Assembly: GCF_038025025.1 (NCBI RefSeq)
Contig: NW_027117352.1
Location: 620,001-684,000, forward strand
Source of the DNA: Phyllosticta citribraziliensis
Lineage: Eukaryota
Length of the DNA: 64,000 nucleotides
Direction: 5' to 3'
The translations under genes and the position numbers were made by a program. This document shows positions 47,911 through 60,679 of this stretch, one piece after another. The notes under the pieces were generated by a model. The model saw nothing but the letters and a program-made list of their open reading frames with translations, did not search any database and was not told the origin of the DNA. The number at the start of each line of letters is the position of its first letter. Positions within the stretch are counted from its first letter, which is position 1.

Positions 47911-50277
47911 CATTCCTTGCATTGGCTATAATCCAGTGATACCACCAGGAAAGTATAAATGCCCTCCGAATGCCATCAAGTCGTATCAGAGTCCTCAGGC
48001 CGATGCGGTGTGAGAAGCGCGACCCAGCGAGACGCATTGTTGCTACCAAATTCATTCCCAGGACCAGGAAAACCAGATTGCGGATATTTTTGAGGTTGGA
48101 ATGGAAGTAGTGGATCAGGACAGCCGCCGGTCGCGGCCTGGAGAATTAATAGACGCTTGTCATCTATCTCTCTTTCGGAGGTTCCAAGCGCCAAGCACTT
48201 ACGTAGTAGTAATGGACTCTCTATCTTAAGCATTTTGTTCTTGATTGATCCCTTTAAATTTGGAGCCTATAGCCAACTAGGCGCTTAAGGTTAACCAATG
48301 GTGGAGAGCTGGAAGTTTTTCTCAGCCGCTCGCCACAGTAGCCCACCCAACCCCTCCAATAAGCTTCTTTTCTCCGCCACGTGCGACGACACTGACAAGA
48401 AGCGCCCTTTCAAACCTAGAATCGACCACAACTCTCTCTGAAAACGAAACCGAGCGCATGCAGAGTGACACGCGAGCACGGCCTCCAGATAGCTGCAACG
48501 GACCACTCAAATGGCAGACTTCACCATAGGCGCCGTAGGCGAGCATCTATCGGCAGCATCGAGTGTGAATAGCGAAAACTGACTGCGACAGGAGTACGAT
48601 GCGACGGCAGCGCAACGGCCGTAGCGCGAACTGAGTTCGGCGCGGCGCCAAATCGCGTCATCTTGACACTGACTCCAGAATTTGAAGGCGCACGAGTAGT
48701 TTCGGGGATTGCCGGACGCCGACTCTACTTGTGCGCAGAAGGGCGTGGACTTGAAGTGCGAACGACGACCAAACAGGAAATTTTCCCGCGAAACCACCAG
48801 ACAAAGGATGAGCCATAGCGAGTGAGTCGAACCCAAAGCACGAGGTACACCATGACGAAGCAGCGCAACGAATATGGAGCGCTGACCGACCACTGTCAGG
48901 AAGCCGCAAGAAAGAGAGTATCCAGTCAGAAGACCACACACGACGAAGCACCAAGATTGTTCTCCAGAAAACCTTGCAATGATGCCTGAGGTATGTAGAG
49001 GCGTTCGTTGAGCGCGCCTTCGGGCGGGTCTTATCCTACGCAACAACACCACCGTCGCAGATTTCTTCAGGCTCTGAGTTCAGTCTCGCGCACTCGTCGA
49101 CCATCTTCCAGAATTTGGTCAACCTGGACTGGTCGTATCATTTGCGACGAACAAATCACCTTAAGATTGCGCTCTGCCTGCACTTGTCGTCAGCGCTAGG
49201 CCATGCCTTTCACTTCTACCTTCTTCGACAACACTCGACCATCTGCGACTGCAACTCATGATCTGAGCTTGAGGAGCACCCAGAAATGTTTCTGGGTCCG
49301 CGATTCCACGCTCTCTGGCTGTTGGCTCAATCAAGTCGCATAAAGTCTGAGCCTGGATTCGGCCGCTTCCTGGCCTAATTTTGCTTGTCCAACTTCAGTC
49401 TTTTACTGCTCGCTGCCTGAGCCTACTTCTGTCTGCCAAATTCTCCCCCCTCTTTTGCTATCGATTGACTTGGTCCCTCAGCAGCAGCCGCCCGATAATG
49501 AGACTGCCAAATCTTTCCAAGCGGACGCGACTCTTGCTGAAGTGAAGATGAAGCTGTGGTCATATGATTCCCGCTACCTTTAAGATGCAGAGAAAGGACG
49601 ACAAGATGCGGGGAGACCACCGAGCCCCCTGGAGGCAGCGAGTTTCCTGGTGTTTTCCCAACAAGACTCCGACTACCCGGAAAGCGACATCTTTGGACGT
49701 CAGCTGGATTACCGAATGACTTGGTATCGATTTCCAAGCGCTTCGAAGACAATGAGCGGATCCCAGATTGCCCAAGAAACGCGCAGCGACAATATGGCAT
49801 CTGAATATCTTCGCGATACATCATTCACCCGTTTCGGGGCTCGTTTGCAGTACTTGTGGCACTGTGCTCGCGGCTGTTTACGAATTTCTCGTTCTCAGAT
49901 TTGCAGAGGATTTGCGTCGTGGCTCTGATGGTTTACAAGCGCTGTCGCATTTGGATCAGCCTCTAGCGACGCGTCCACTCTGGCCCCTGCATCGCGAAGC
50001 TCGGCACTTTCAACAAACCCCTATCTATCAACCATACCGCAACACCCGGACGAGTAACGCCTCAAAATCCCCATTTCGTTGGGCCATGAACGAGCTGCCG
50101 GTTAAACCTTCACTCCGTGGGTGATATTTGTGATTATATGGAATTTTGACTAATTTTTGGCGTCTATGGCAGGCTCAGTAGGCTGACCCCTTTTTGATCA
50201 GTTCCCCTCTCAACCGGGTTCATATTACCTGCTCCTTGAAGACTCTTTTCCCAGATCCGAATTCGACGACATTTAAA

Positions 50278-52311
50278 ATGCTCTGTGCGCTTTGTATCAC
50301 CACTCTACGCAGCGGATGCGATGGACAACACCACAAAACCTTTTCAGATCTGCAGAATGCTGCGAAGTCTGGATGCAAAATTTGTTGGGAAGTCGAACAA
50401 CGCGTTAGAGTGATTATGAAAAAATTTGCTACACCAGACTCTCCGCCGTCGAAGATAAATTGTCAATTTGCGTGGGAATATTCTGATCGATCGCAACAAA
50501 TGGTATTCAAATTCGATGAACTCGATTACGGCGTATATTTCACGCTGAGCGCTTTGAAAGACAAGAAGGCTGGCGACGACATTCATGAGGTTATATCAAA
50601 GGCAAAGCAAGACATCGAGATCGACCCTTCGAAGGTTCGGGATCATGGGAAAAAGCCAGAATTTGCGACAAGCACTGGAGATCCAGCTGTCATCGAGATG
50701 GCCAAAAAGTGGCTGACAAGCTGTCAAAAAGATCACAAAGGCTGCGGAATTATCAATCCCAACTTCTATCCCAAGCGCCTTCTTGACTTGTCCCATGATG
50801 TGCCGTCTCTGATTGAGACTCGCCATCATAAATTGCGGGATCATTACGCTACTCTCAGTCACTGCTGGGGTCGAAACGAATTCTTCACCTTGACGAAAAA
50901 TAATTTGGATGACTTGATAGTCGGCATACCACTTGAGAAGCTTCCAAAGTCATTCCAGAACGCCATCACGATCTGCAAGCGGCTTGAGATTCCGTATCTA
51001 TGGATAGACAGTCTCTGCATCATCCAAAGCAACGAAAAAGTCAACGAAGACTGGCTTGAGCATGCTAGAACCATGTCTGACATCTACAAGAACTGCTTGC
51101 TCAATATTGCCATCGACCGGGCTTCCAATCCTTTTGAGGGCGCATTCGCTGAGCGACCACCCGGAGCGCTGGGCTCTTGCTTTGCACTGGTTGGACGACG
51201 TCGTCGTGACCGGGATATGCGCCCAAAGTTGGGAGATTGGAGAACTTGGAAATGCTGCAAGAATTGGCTGAATTTGTCTGTCGAAAAAAACCCCGTCTAC
51301 TGTCAGATTTCCGGGGAGTGTGACTGGATCGACAGCGTTGGAGAGATGCCCCTCTCAAGCCGTGCCTGGGTTTTCCAAGAAAGATTTCTGTCGCCGAGGG
51401 CGCTCCATTTCGGCACTGATCGAATATTCTGGGAGTGCCGCTCAATCACTCGCAGTGAGGGTTCCGTGGCTAAGGACCAGAAGATTAACGAGAGTTCAAT
51501 TTTCGAAACAAGCGAGAAAGGCATGATTACCCATAAGTCCCGTCGATTCCCGTATTTTCAGTATGAATGTCTTCGCAACGAATGGCTGATCCTGGTGGGA
51601 AATTACAACAGTCGCATATTAACGATGCCGGAGAAAGACAAACTCATCGCGTTTGCGGCCGTTGCTCAAGAGGTCGAAAAGCGGAGAGAAGACGAATACG
51701 TTGCTGGACTTTTCAAAGGCGATCTCCCATATGATTTGATATGGACCCCGAGCTTGCACAAGACATTGGAATGTCCACGGCCGGCCAAGTACCAGGCGCC
51801 AAGTTGGAGCTGGGCTTGTTTGAACGCTGGCGCCTTCTCAACTAGGAGTGATTGGAAGTGGAGCCATCCAGAGGGAGCTATTTCCGAGATTCTAGGGATA
51901 AACATCAAATACGTTGATGAGAAGAACAGATACGGAATGGTTGAGTCTGGCACACTTCACATCAAAGGGCGCATCGCACCTTGTACATGGAACAAGAACG
52001 AAGTCAGGCATGACGATGGCAGAGGAACTGATTGGATCACTGCCCGTGTGCCAGGGATTCCTCCAACTCAACCTCCAGGAACAGAATTCGAAGGTCCCAA
52101 CATTGAAATCCTTCCGGATGTCGAAGAGGACAAAGTGTTTAGTGGAAGGGAGTGTGCTTTGTTCCTCATCACTCCTGACGAAGGCCTCTTATTGGTCGGC
52201 ACGGGACCCAAAGACGTTTACCGGAAGATTGGGCTGGGTTTCCTTCGTCAGGGTTGCACGCTGGAAAGATATGCGGAAGCATTTCAGGAACGAACAATTG
52301 AAATCATCTGA
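50278..52311 (+). CDS. HET-domain (heterokaryon incompatibility) protein
   Basis: MLCALC...HH...GCKIC N-terminus; PKRLLDL, YATLSHCWG, YLWIDSLCIIQ, MSDIYKN, LSSRAWVFQERFLSPR, DKLIAFAAVA, APSWSWA. Confidence 0.92.
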   Translation: MLCALCITTLRSGCDGQHHKTFSDLQNAAKSGCKICWEVEQRVRVIMKKFATPDSPPSKINCQFAWEYSDRSQQMVFKFDELDYGVYFTLSALKDKKAGDDIHEVISKAKQDIEIDPSKVRDHGKKPEFATSTGDPAVIEMAKKWLTSCQKDHKGCGIINPNFYPKRLLDLSHDVPSLIETRHHKLRDHYATLSHCWGRNEFFTLTKNNLDDLIVGIPLEKLPKSFQNAITICKRLEIPYLWIDSLCIIQSNEKVNEDWLEHARTMSDIYKNCLLNIAIDRASNPFEGAFAERPPGALGSCFALVGRRRRDRDMRPKLGDWRTWKCCKNWLNLSVEKNPVYCQISGECDWIDSVGEMPLSSRAWVFQERFLSPRALHFGTDRIFWECRSITRSEGSVAKDQKINESSIFETSEKGMITHKSRRFPYFQYECLRNEWLILVGNYNSRILTMPEKDKLIAFAAVAQEVEKRREDEYVAGLFKGDLPYDLIWTPSLHKTLECPRPAKYQAPSWSWACLNAGAFSTRSDWKWSHPEGAISEILGINIKYVDEKNRYGMVESGTLHIKGRIAPCTWNKNEVRHDDGRGTDWITARVPGIPPTQPPGTEFEGPNIEILPDVEEDKVFSGRECALFLITPDEGLLLVGTGPKDVYRKIGLGFLRQGCTLERYAEAFQERTIEII

Positions 52312-52756
52312 GAATCTTCTCATTGTTCACGAGAAAGGATCAGTCTTCAGAATCTTAAAGCACGAAATGTACATACACACAGCAACGACATTCCGATTTC
52401 AAAGCTCCCGTTTCCTCGCCTCCATGCTTCCCTTCCGATCCATAACTATGACGACATAGCCACACTATCGCTCTTGAGCAAGCGACGGGGAATGGAAATC
52501 AATACCGGTAATGAAGTGTCCACGGGACCAGCAACACACGGAATCCTTCATAGTACAGACTCAATTGGCAACTAAAGGCTCCCTGTATTGCCGTGCCCTT
52601 CATTCACATTCATGAAATCTTCCTGACACTTCCCAGTTCCCAGTTCTGCGTTGGCTGCCAAGACAAGTACAAATACCGCGCAGATGATTCTTTTGAAAGG
52701 AGCATCCGGCTCAGGGTGTCGACACGACAGACGGCGTTGAAACTCCAGAGATAATC

Positions 52757-54358
52757 TTATTCTCCTCCATCAGGGCGATGCTCCCCTTCTAGAGCAGCCC
52801 GCTCAGACGTTGACGCTCTTTCCGTAGACAACCAGGGGTCATCCAGGAGTTCTTTCGCAGAGGGCCTATCATCCGAATCCCACTGCAGGATTCTGCGCAT
52901 GAAAGCCAAAAATTGGTCCCTCTCATCGCCTTCAAGAACTTGCTCTTCTGCTTCGAGAGATGTTTCAGGGATTTTCATGTCCAGCTTCCAGTTGCCTGTG
53001 TCCGTTAATTAACCACGACCATGAAACCAACTTTTCTTCATCAGTTCCATACCTTCTTCATCAAAATACTTCTCATAACTGGCTCCCATTTGAGCGAATT
53101 CTTTCTCAGGGGGGCCAAGTAGCGCAATGGTCATCGCGAGATGCTCGTCATTCGACTCAAATCTACCAGGTGTAGTGTCTTGGAACAGACACCTGCCCTC
53201 GATTGCGTCCCAGATCTATCGAGTTTATTAGGAATTCGAGTGCAAACTGTGCGAACAATGACGCGGGACTATGAATTACCGTCATCGCAAGACCCCAAAT
53301 GTCAATTTTCTCGTCCCACCTGATACCGATGATCATCTCTGGGGCACGATACAAGTCTGGCATGACGTGCGCCGCGTAGGTGTCTCCGCCCATAACTGCA
53401 TCACCAAAGTCACCCAGGACCGGCGAGTCAAGATTTTCTGCGTCCTGAGGTACATCTCTTGAGTCGAAAAGAACGCGTTCGCCTCTGGAAAACAGCCACT
53501 TGAGCCATCTGAGCCACAGACTGTCTATTTTGCGACCTGGAGGGTGTTCCCACTGGTCCTTTTCGAACTCCTCAAACACTGTAGCGTCTTTCGGTCTGAA
53601 GAGAATATTGCCCCCTTGGATGTCTGGTCTGATATCAGGAGAGATTCTGTCTTCCACACTTATTCATTTCTTACCTGTGTGCACTACGCCTGCCTCTGTA
53701 TGCAGAAAATCAAGTGCCTCTAGAATCGAACGCACGACCGGTTTCAGCACTTCAGGCTTGACTTGACCGCCGGAGAATTCGCACAGCTCTTTCAGTGTCA
53801 TGGCCAGCGGCTCAAAGATGAGGCATTGGTGACGCTGTCCTCGGATATCTTTTCTTTCTGCTTCAAAGGTATCACACGGGAGTCTGATGGCCTTTTTCCC
53901 GGGATGATTGGACACGACACTTTCCAAATACGCCAACATTTTGGGCTCTTGTCTCGCTTGTCGATGTTTCTGAACATACACTTTCAGAGTGACGTATTTG
54001 TGGCCGCTTGATAAAATTTGTAAGACGACCTCTTTTCGCATCGCCAGAACAGCACTCACATCAAATCGCGACAGAGCCAGACCGTAGACACACTGCCGAA
54101 GAATAGTTTCCCGATTACTTGGTATCGTTCTTTGAATAGATCGCCGACTCGGACTGGATACCAGCTCTTTCCTGAATACCATGGAAACATCTCTTCCTCC
54201 ACAGTCCAAGATGAATCATATCTTTGGAAGCCTTCCGTGGGCGGCTTTCTGAGAGGAGAAGGTGGCCGTCCGGCGTAGGACGACCCTGCAGCAATGCTTG
54301 CCTGGTCACATTTATGGGGTTCGGTACGACGAGTAAGCAAGGAGGAAACGCTGGGCAT
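52757..54358 (-). CDS. SRPK-like (CMGC) fungal protein kinase, multi-exon
   Basis: YPVRVGDLFKERYQVIGKLFFGSVSTVWLCRDL / YVTLKVY / HQCLIFEPL / LDFLHTEAGVVHT-DIQGGNIL / LGDFG / YRAPE / IDIWGL / RPSAKELLDDPWL, spread over exons separated by short introns. Confidence 0.85.
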
Positions 54359-55415
54359 TGCGCACTTGTCGAGCTGCGAAAGAGATCCGTTGGACAAATG
54401 ATTGACAACGGCAACGCAAGTTGGTGGCTGAGGGGTTTGACTGCAGGTAAGTGTGACTGGTGTTGACAACTATCCCTGAGGTGATGGAGCTGCGCGCTTA
54501 ATAACTGCATGGGTGTCACGTATCCAATCACGTGGTGGAGCCGACTAGACTCAACTGGGATCGGTGCGCCGCATCGCATGTCGGCACAGTGGGATGTGTT
54601 CCAAACTCCTCTTTCCGATCGAGCATTCAGGGTTTTCTTCTGAAAGTACATAGACCCTGGGCAGTAGACGAGGCAAATTTGTTCCGATATCATTTTTCGT
54701 CAAGAAAGCAGTAAGCGCTCATGCAGGTGAGAGTTCCAGTTTAAGAATCAAACCCGAACACCCGAAGGATTCGTTTCGACATCAAATTTAGAAGAGGCAC
54801 AGCCGCGCTTCAGCAGTAGCCGATAATGAAACTACAGAAACGCCAAAGAAGAACAGGTAACACAGTTTCTCATCTTGTCCGTCCTCTCCTCAAGAATCTG
54901 ACTGACCAGTCCGCGAAGTCAAATTTAAGGTCTTTAGAGATGAGGGGTTCTCTGGTTGGACTTGTTCATGGACAAAGGCTTGGAAAATTGTTGCTATCTG
55001 GAGCGATAGCCTACCTGGCAAACCATTCTTGACCCTGTCTACTGTGCCTTTCAGGGCGCTAAACCACGGGGAAAGCAACAGATCTGTGCGGATGCAAGCG
55101 CTGGCAAGACTGCAGCAATCCTGACTGGTATTCATTCAAAGAGACTCCGACATGAGTACCTGCGAGGAGCCTTTCCAGGCGACGCGTTCAAGCGATAGGT
55201 TTTACAATCACCCTACATCCCAGTGTCTGTCTCCACTTCAAGAAAATGAGGAGGCTGTTGGATGTGCCGCACACGCGCGCTTTTCAATTGAAAAGCAGTT
55301 ATAAAACTGGAGTTCTGGTTCGAGATGGAGAGCAATCAGCTCCGTCAGATTCATTGAACCCCTTCATTTACTTTGTATTCTGCAATTTCTGCTTTACTTT
55401 CCATTTCCGAATACC

Positions 55416-55894
55416 ATGTCTCTCTCTCGGACTTCAACCGCAAAGAGCAACAACAGTCACGCATCTTCGATTAGCAACGTCACAATCGCAACCAAGAGTA
55501 AAGTAAAATGGGACGATTTGTCACCAAACTGGACCACGGCCCTGAAGGCAGCGACCAAGCAGTTAAAGGAACAGGTACGCAAAAGAATGGGATACCGAAA
55601 TGAGACTCGCGGACTAATTGCACGAGTAGAATCCGGACATCAAGAAGATGACTGTCAAGTAAGTCTCCAGCTGAGTCCTTGAAACAGAACTCCCTCGTGA
55701 CCGGTTTCAGGGGAGGACCCCATCAGTCCAGCACTGTCAGGACGCACAGGAACATCGTCTCTGTCACACTTCACAATATTTTTGGGATTTATTTGGGCTC
55801 GACACACGTCGATGAGGATGGAACTCCATACCCCAACGAAGCTTTCAATGCGAAGGTCGCACACCGGAAATCTCAGCAGGAAAAGAAGAAGTGA
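55416..55894 (+). CDS. Small orphan protein (~123 aa), three exons
   Basis: Exons 55416-55574, 55630-55658 and 55711-55894. Introns GTACGC..ctaat..TAG (55 nt) and GTAAGT..CAG (52 nt) join in frame: ...LKEQ/NPDIKKMTVK/GGPHQSS...VSVTLH...GSTHVDEDGT.... Confidence 0.65.
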
Positions 55895-56767
55895 TAGATC
55901 TAAGGCAGCGCTGAAAGAGCGGGTACTCCTAACAAGCATGCGGACTGGCCGGAGAGTGGACCAATAACGTATTTCATGTTGAATACAGCTAAAGCTCCAC
56001 TCTCATCTGTGTTGTCTACCTTGCGCTTGTCTGTATTGTCTGTGTGAAGGTTGAGACTGATTTTCATTTACAAGGTCAGTTAGTGGCATCAATCATACTG
56101 GGGTAGCAGGACATGTCAACTCGCTTCGTGGTATACCCGTACACTCGGAATCTTTGAAAATACCAGAGTGAAATTATCGCCTTTTGTTTCCACACGAAAA
56201 TCGCAGGCGCAAATGTTCAATGCCGTCCTCCACATAGACCACTGATTGGACTGGCTGACTAGCTGACTGGCTGACTGGCTACGCAACCCACAGCGCCATT
56301 GCATCAACCAAAGCAACGACTCTCCCATCCCACCCTCTCGCATTTGGTAGCAGAAGAAAAAGAAAAGAGGGAAAAGAAGGCAGGAAGAGAAGCACGGGCA
56401 AAACACAAAAACCAGCCGCCGGGATATCAAGTTCTTCTTCTTTCTTCCATTGCAGTTGCAGTAGCAGCAGTTCCACTGGCCCATCATGAAACGAGACGCC
56501 CGAATCCGAATCCCTTGTGCCTGTATTGCACGCGCGCAATCTACCCAAAGGAGAAAACATGCAGTCCGGCCTGTCGCGCCGCCGCCGTGACTGCCCCGAA
56601 AGTAGCCACTGCCAATCGGCACTATGCAAAGCCAGGCGCCTTTGAAGAGGAAAAAAGGAAAGTCAGATCGACAGACGAAAGGAAAGGAAAGACTGAATAC
56701 CGACCATGATCGCCGATTCGAACTTGAAAACGCAGAGGTGAGGAGGGGGACAAGCGGCCAACGTATT

Positions 56768-59700
56768 TCAGCCAAACATGCCAGCCATGCCGTCCAGCTC
56801 AGGACTGCCGCCCCTGACAATGTTTGGCTGCTGCTCCACCATCATGTATTGTTCCGACACGGGAGCCGGCTTCTTTGATTTCGAATGCTCAATCTTGCCC
56901 TGTTCGTGAATGCTGACGCCGCGGATGCAGGCAAGCAAGTCGAGAACGAGACCGCGCTGGATGCGCTCCGACGTCGTCTGCCGCATGCGTCCGATGCAGC
57001 GATTGACCTTGTCAGGACGGTTGGATACACCCGGAAGCTCGAGGATGATGGAGGTCGTGGTTTCGGGGTCGAGGTTGATGATGGCGGATATGAGCGAGGC
57101 GAGGTCCTTTTGGGCGTCGACAAAGGCGGGCTCATGGAGCGATGTGATGGCTGCGCGGAGGAGGTCCCTGCAGACGTAATCGCGGACGGGTGATGGCTCC
57201 CTGAAGCGAGGCAGAACGTTGCGCACGAGGACGCGGCAAATCAACGAGACGCAACGCGTGTCACGGACGCGGATGACGGTCTTGCAAAACATGAACATGG
57301 GCTCCAGAACTTCTGGACTGCTGATAATAAAGGTCAACATGCGTTGTTCCTTGGGCTGCGTGTTTGGTCGGTGGTGTGCGTCTGGGCCAGGTGTGTTAGC
57401 AATTTATCCCAAAGTTGCAGGACCAGTGGCCGCATACCCATTCGAGGATCTTCGAGCAACAGAGACACGAGCAGTACCGCAGCATGCGTCAGCTGGCGCA
57501 AGATGCTCTCATTTTTCATTTCATCGCCGAGATCCACACCAGCGCTGATCTCCTCCATCTGTCTGTTCAAAACTTCCCATTCGTTGCCAATCTTGGAGTT
57601 GATAGCCATAAAGAGGCTTGAGATCACCGGCGGGAGGAACTGTGAGCGCAATTCAATCGGACAACCGTCAATGATTTGAGTCGAAACATTGAGGAGAACG
57701 GAGACGTGGTGTGCGGAAAGGGCTTCGGCGTCTTGGTAGAGAGCGCGGCTGAGGGCGCCTGGGAGGTCGGGTATGGCGTAGAAGTGGACCCGGAACTTCG
57801 CCAAGCCGTAGAGGATGTAGTAGCTGACTTCGCGGATCTGTCTGACAGTTCCACGTACAGTCGAGGCAAATCCTTCATAAGAGGACTTGCTTCCACTGAC
57901 TCGGGCAAAGAAATCATCCTTGCTTTCCGTCGAGATACCTGCTTGCCAGAAGCGATCCGTGAGCACTCGTTTCATGACGAACTGCATTTCTTGGGGTAGA
58001 TGCGACCAATTTTGGAGGTTCATGAAAGCCTGAGCATGGCTGATGAACTGCAGCAAAGAGGGGAGGATCGTGGGCAGAGTATCAGCCCACAGGTCGCATG
58101 CAACAGCATGGGACTGGGGGTTTTCTAGCATTTTCTCGGTTGAAGCACTGAGAAGACTCTTGGTAAGGCGAAGGGGGAAGCGTTGAAATTGGGCCAAGAT
58201 CTCAGCCTGCTTTGCCTGACCCTCGGCGTCGAGTTGTTGAGAAGCCCAGTCAGGAACCTGGTGGAAGCATTTGGCAGCCATAAACACTGCTATGTTGCCC
58301 AGGCCAAGCATGTCGCAAAATGACTCAAATGAGGAAAGAGACTCTGCCAAGTGGGGATTTTGCCAGCCTGCCTTTACTTCCCCCATCATTTGCTGCAATC
58401 GAGCATCTTGAAGAGTTCTGTCTCTCGACATCGATCGGTGGTTTATGATGAAGAGGAAAGCGGTATAGCCCAGCTTGAAACGCTCGTCGTTGGGCCTCTT
58501 CGCGACGTTCATCTTGATTTGCTCTTCCAGACCTTCGTAGACGGACAAGAAGTTATCCGGGAATGACATGGCAAGCCTCTGCATCTCTCCTGCGCATGCT
58601 TGGTCGAGACCCTTGACCGCCTCGGAGTACTGGGGAGCTGACGCTTCTTCATGGATTGGAAGATTGAGAATGTAAGAAAGCACCTGGACAGCAAAGTGGG
58701 GCCGATTGTGCAACGCGCGAGTAGCAAACGTAACCATGAGCTGGATGATCTTCCTGTTCACCTCCGGGTCTTCGAATCGAAGCTGAAGTAGCCCCTGGCA
58801 CCATTCTTGAAAAGCATCTTGCATCATACTCACGCCGGCCTCGTCTTTCTGCAACTCGGAGTCATGATGGCTGTTGAGTTCTTTCAGGTACCCCTTCAGA
58901 GCGGCATCGATAACCGTGATTTTTGCATCTGCGCGAAGGATCGCATCGGCATTCTTGGAGAAGGTTTGTGGCGTGAACGGCGGCAACCCATCGTACAGAT
59001 TCTGGAACGTGTATGTTGCTTGGGCCAGGATATGCCGCATTGCGTCCTGTGGCATCTTGCGAACGACGATTTCAACAATGTCCACGCAGTACCGACGATA
59101 GTTTCCGAGGAAAGCATGCCTCTCTGGGACAGTGTCAATGTCCCCATGGAGCATTACAACGGTCGGATCATCGGAATCTTCTGACAACGCCTCGTATCGA
59201 ACAAGGCGTTCGCTTGCTATTTTCAGAAGAGGCACGACGAGTTGGATCATCAAAGGCGAGTCTCGCACAGAGCGGACGCGCAATAGTCTTGTCCACGCAT
59301 GCAAGACTGGGATGGAGACGGTGAGACTTGGATGGTCAAGAACCTCTAGCAGAAGAGAAAGAAAGCCAATGAGGTCGCAATCAGGTGGAATGGCGTGTGG
59401 CTTCGCTTCAATGTAGCCAACGAGATGTGCAAGTAACTGTAGGAGGTTTAGAAAACGAGAAGAACCGAAGAAATGGAATGCTGACCTCTGCGAGTTTCTT
59501 CGTGAAACTGTATTTGGATCCAGTCAAATCAATCAGATTCGCATCCTCACTCTTTATAATCCACTCGTAGGTTTGCGTCAACCGATTGACGGTATCTGGA
59601 GCGAACATTGGACAAACGATATCGATGATATCTTCGTCTTGAAACCCTGAGCGGCTATACACAGTGCAGAGCGCTTCGACGGCAGCCTACACGTGTTAGC

Positions 59701-60679
59701 TTCGGATCGTACTTCCAGGCAGTGGTAAGCTCACAATCCCAAGTTTCAACAATCCCTCTTCGGTACTACCATTGACTTCCTTGCCATGGAGCATCTTCTT
59801 CGGCGTGAAAAGTGCTCTTTCAATGTGGTAAATGCTCCCAGTCCGGTGAATTGCTTTGGGGATCAACCATGACATGGTCGCACGCAGCGTATTGAGGGCC
59901 TTGATGACGATGTCGCAAGTGCCGTCGTCCAGAGCCTCTTTGCCCGCTAAACACTCGTCAACGTAGCTGCAAATGCGCATTGCCCAGCCGTCTTCGCCGC
60001 ATCTGACGTTCAGATTGGCATCGCGACCGGGCAGCTGCTCCTCCAGGGTGCTGGCGGGAGTGAAGATGTTGACACAAGCCTTGCCCAGGTCACCACCGCG
60101 CATGCTGGCGACGGGGTCGTCTTTGTTGAATATTTCTTCGGCAAGCGTCTCCAATATGTACAGCACAAGCCTCTTATGCTCCCGGTGCAGCTCCCAGAGC
60201 CCGTACAGCTGCGCGTCCATGTCCATCCATTCGCAACCCCAGGAGCGCTTGGCGATCTCGCACCATAGCTGACCAATCTTGTTGAGCACATATGGAGGGA
60301 CTTGCTCAGCTGGTTCCTGGGCCAGTCCTACCACACAGCCGCGTATTCTAACGGTTCTTGATTCGTCAAGCTCTTCCCAGCGGTACTTGATGGCGTGCTC
60401 TAATAGTTGAAGGCCATAATGACGGAGAGGTTGCTGCAATTTTGAATTCTGCGTACCCCAATCGGAATCTGCCGGGTCCGAAGCGTAATTCCAGCCTTTG
60501 TCCAGAGCCTCCGGAGTAGGCTTAAGATTGTCAAGGTATATAGTGGCTTCGTGTCGCGCTGCATTGTTTGAGTGATCGCCGTGGATGGCTTCGAGGGCTT
60601 CGACAACGCGTGAGAAGTCTGCATTGCTAGACGCGACGTGGGTCGAGATGCCGTTTAGCTGCGCGCTGAAAGGATCCAT
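56768..60679 (-). CDS. MSN5: Karyopherin, exportin-5/Msn5-like
   Basis: Multi-exon alpha-helical protein of over 1200 aa: RHYGLQLLEHAI, NKIGQLWCEIAKRSW, ERHAFLGNYRRYC, RVLTDRFWQAGIS, EMKNESILRQLT. Importin-beta N-terminal/Xpo1-like pattern. Confidence 0.85.

Noticed and set aside
48000..50150. Minus-strand ORFs of 85-181 aa upstream of the HET gene
   Set aside because: I could not assemble a consistent gene model; possibly decayed sequence.
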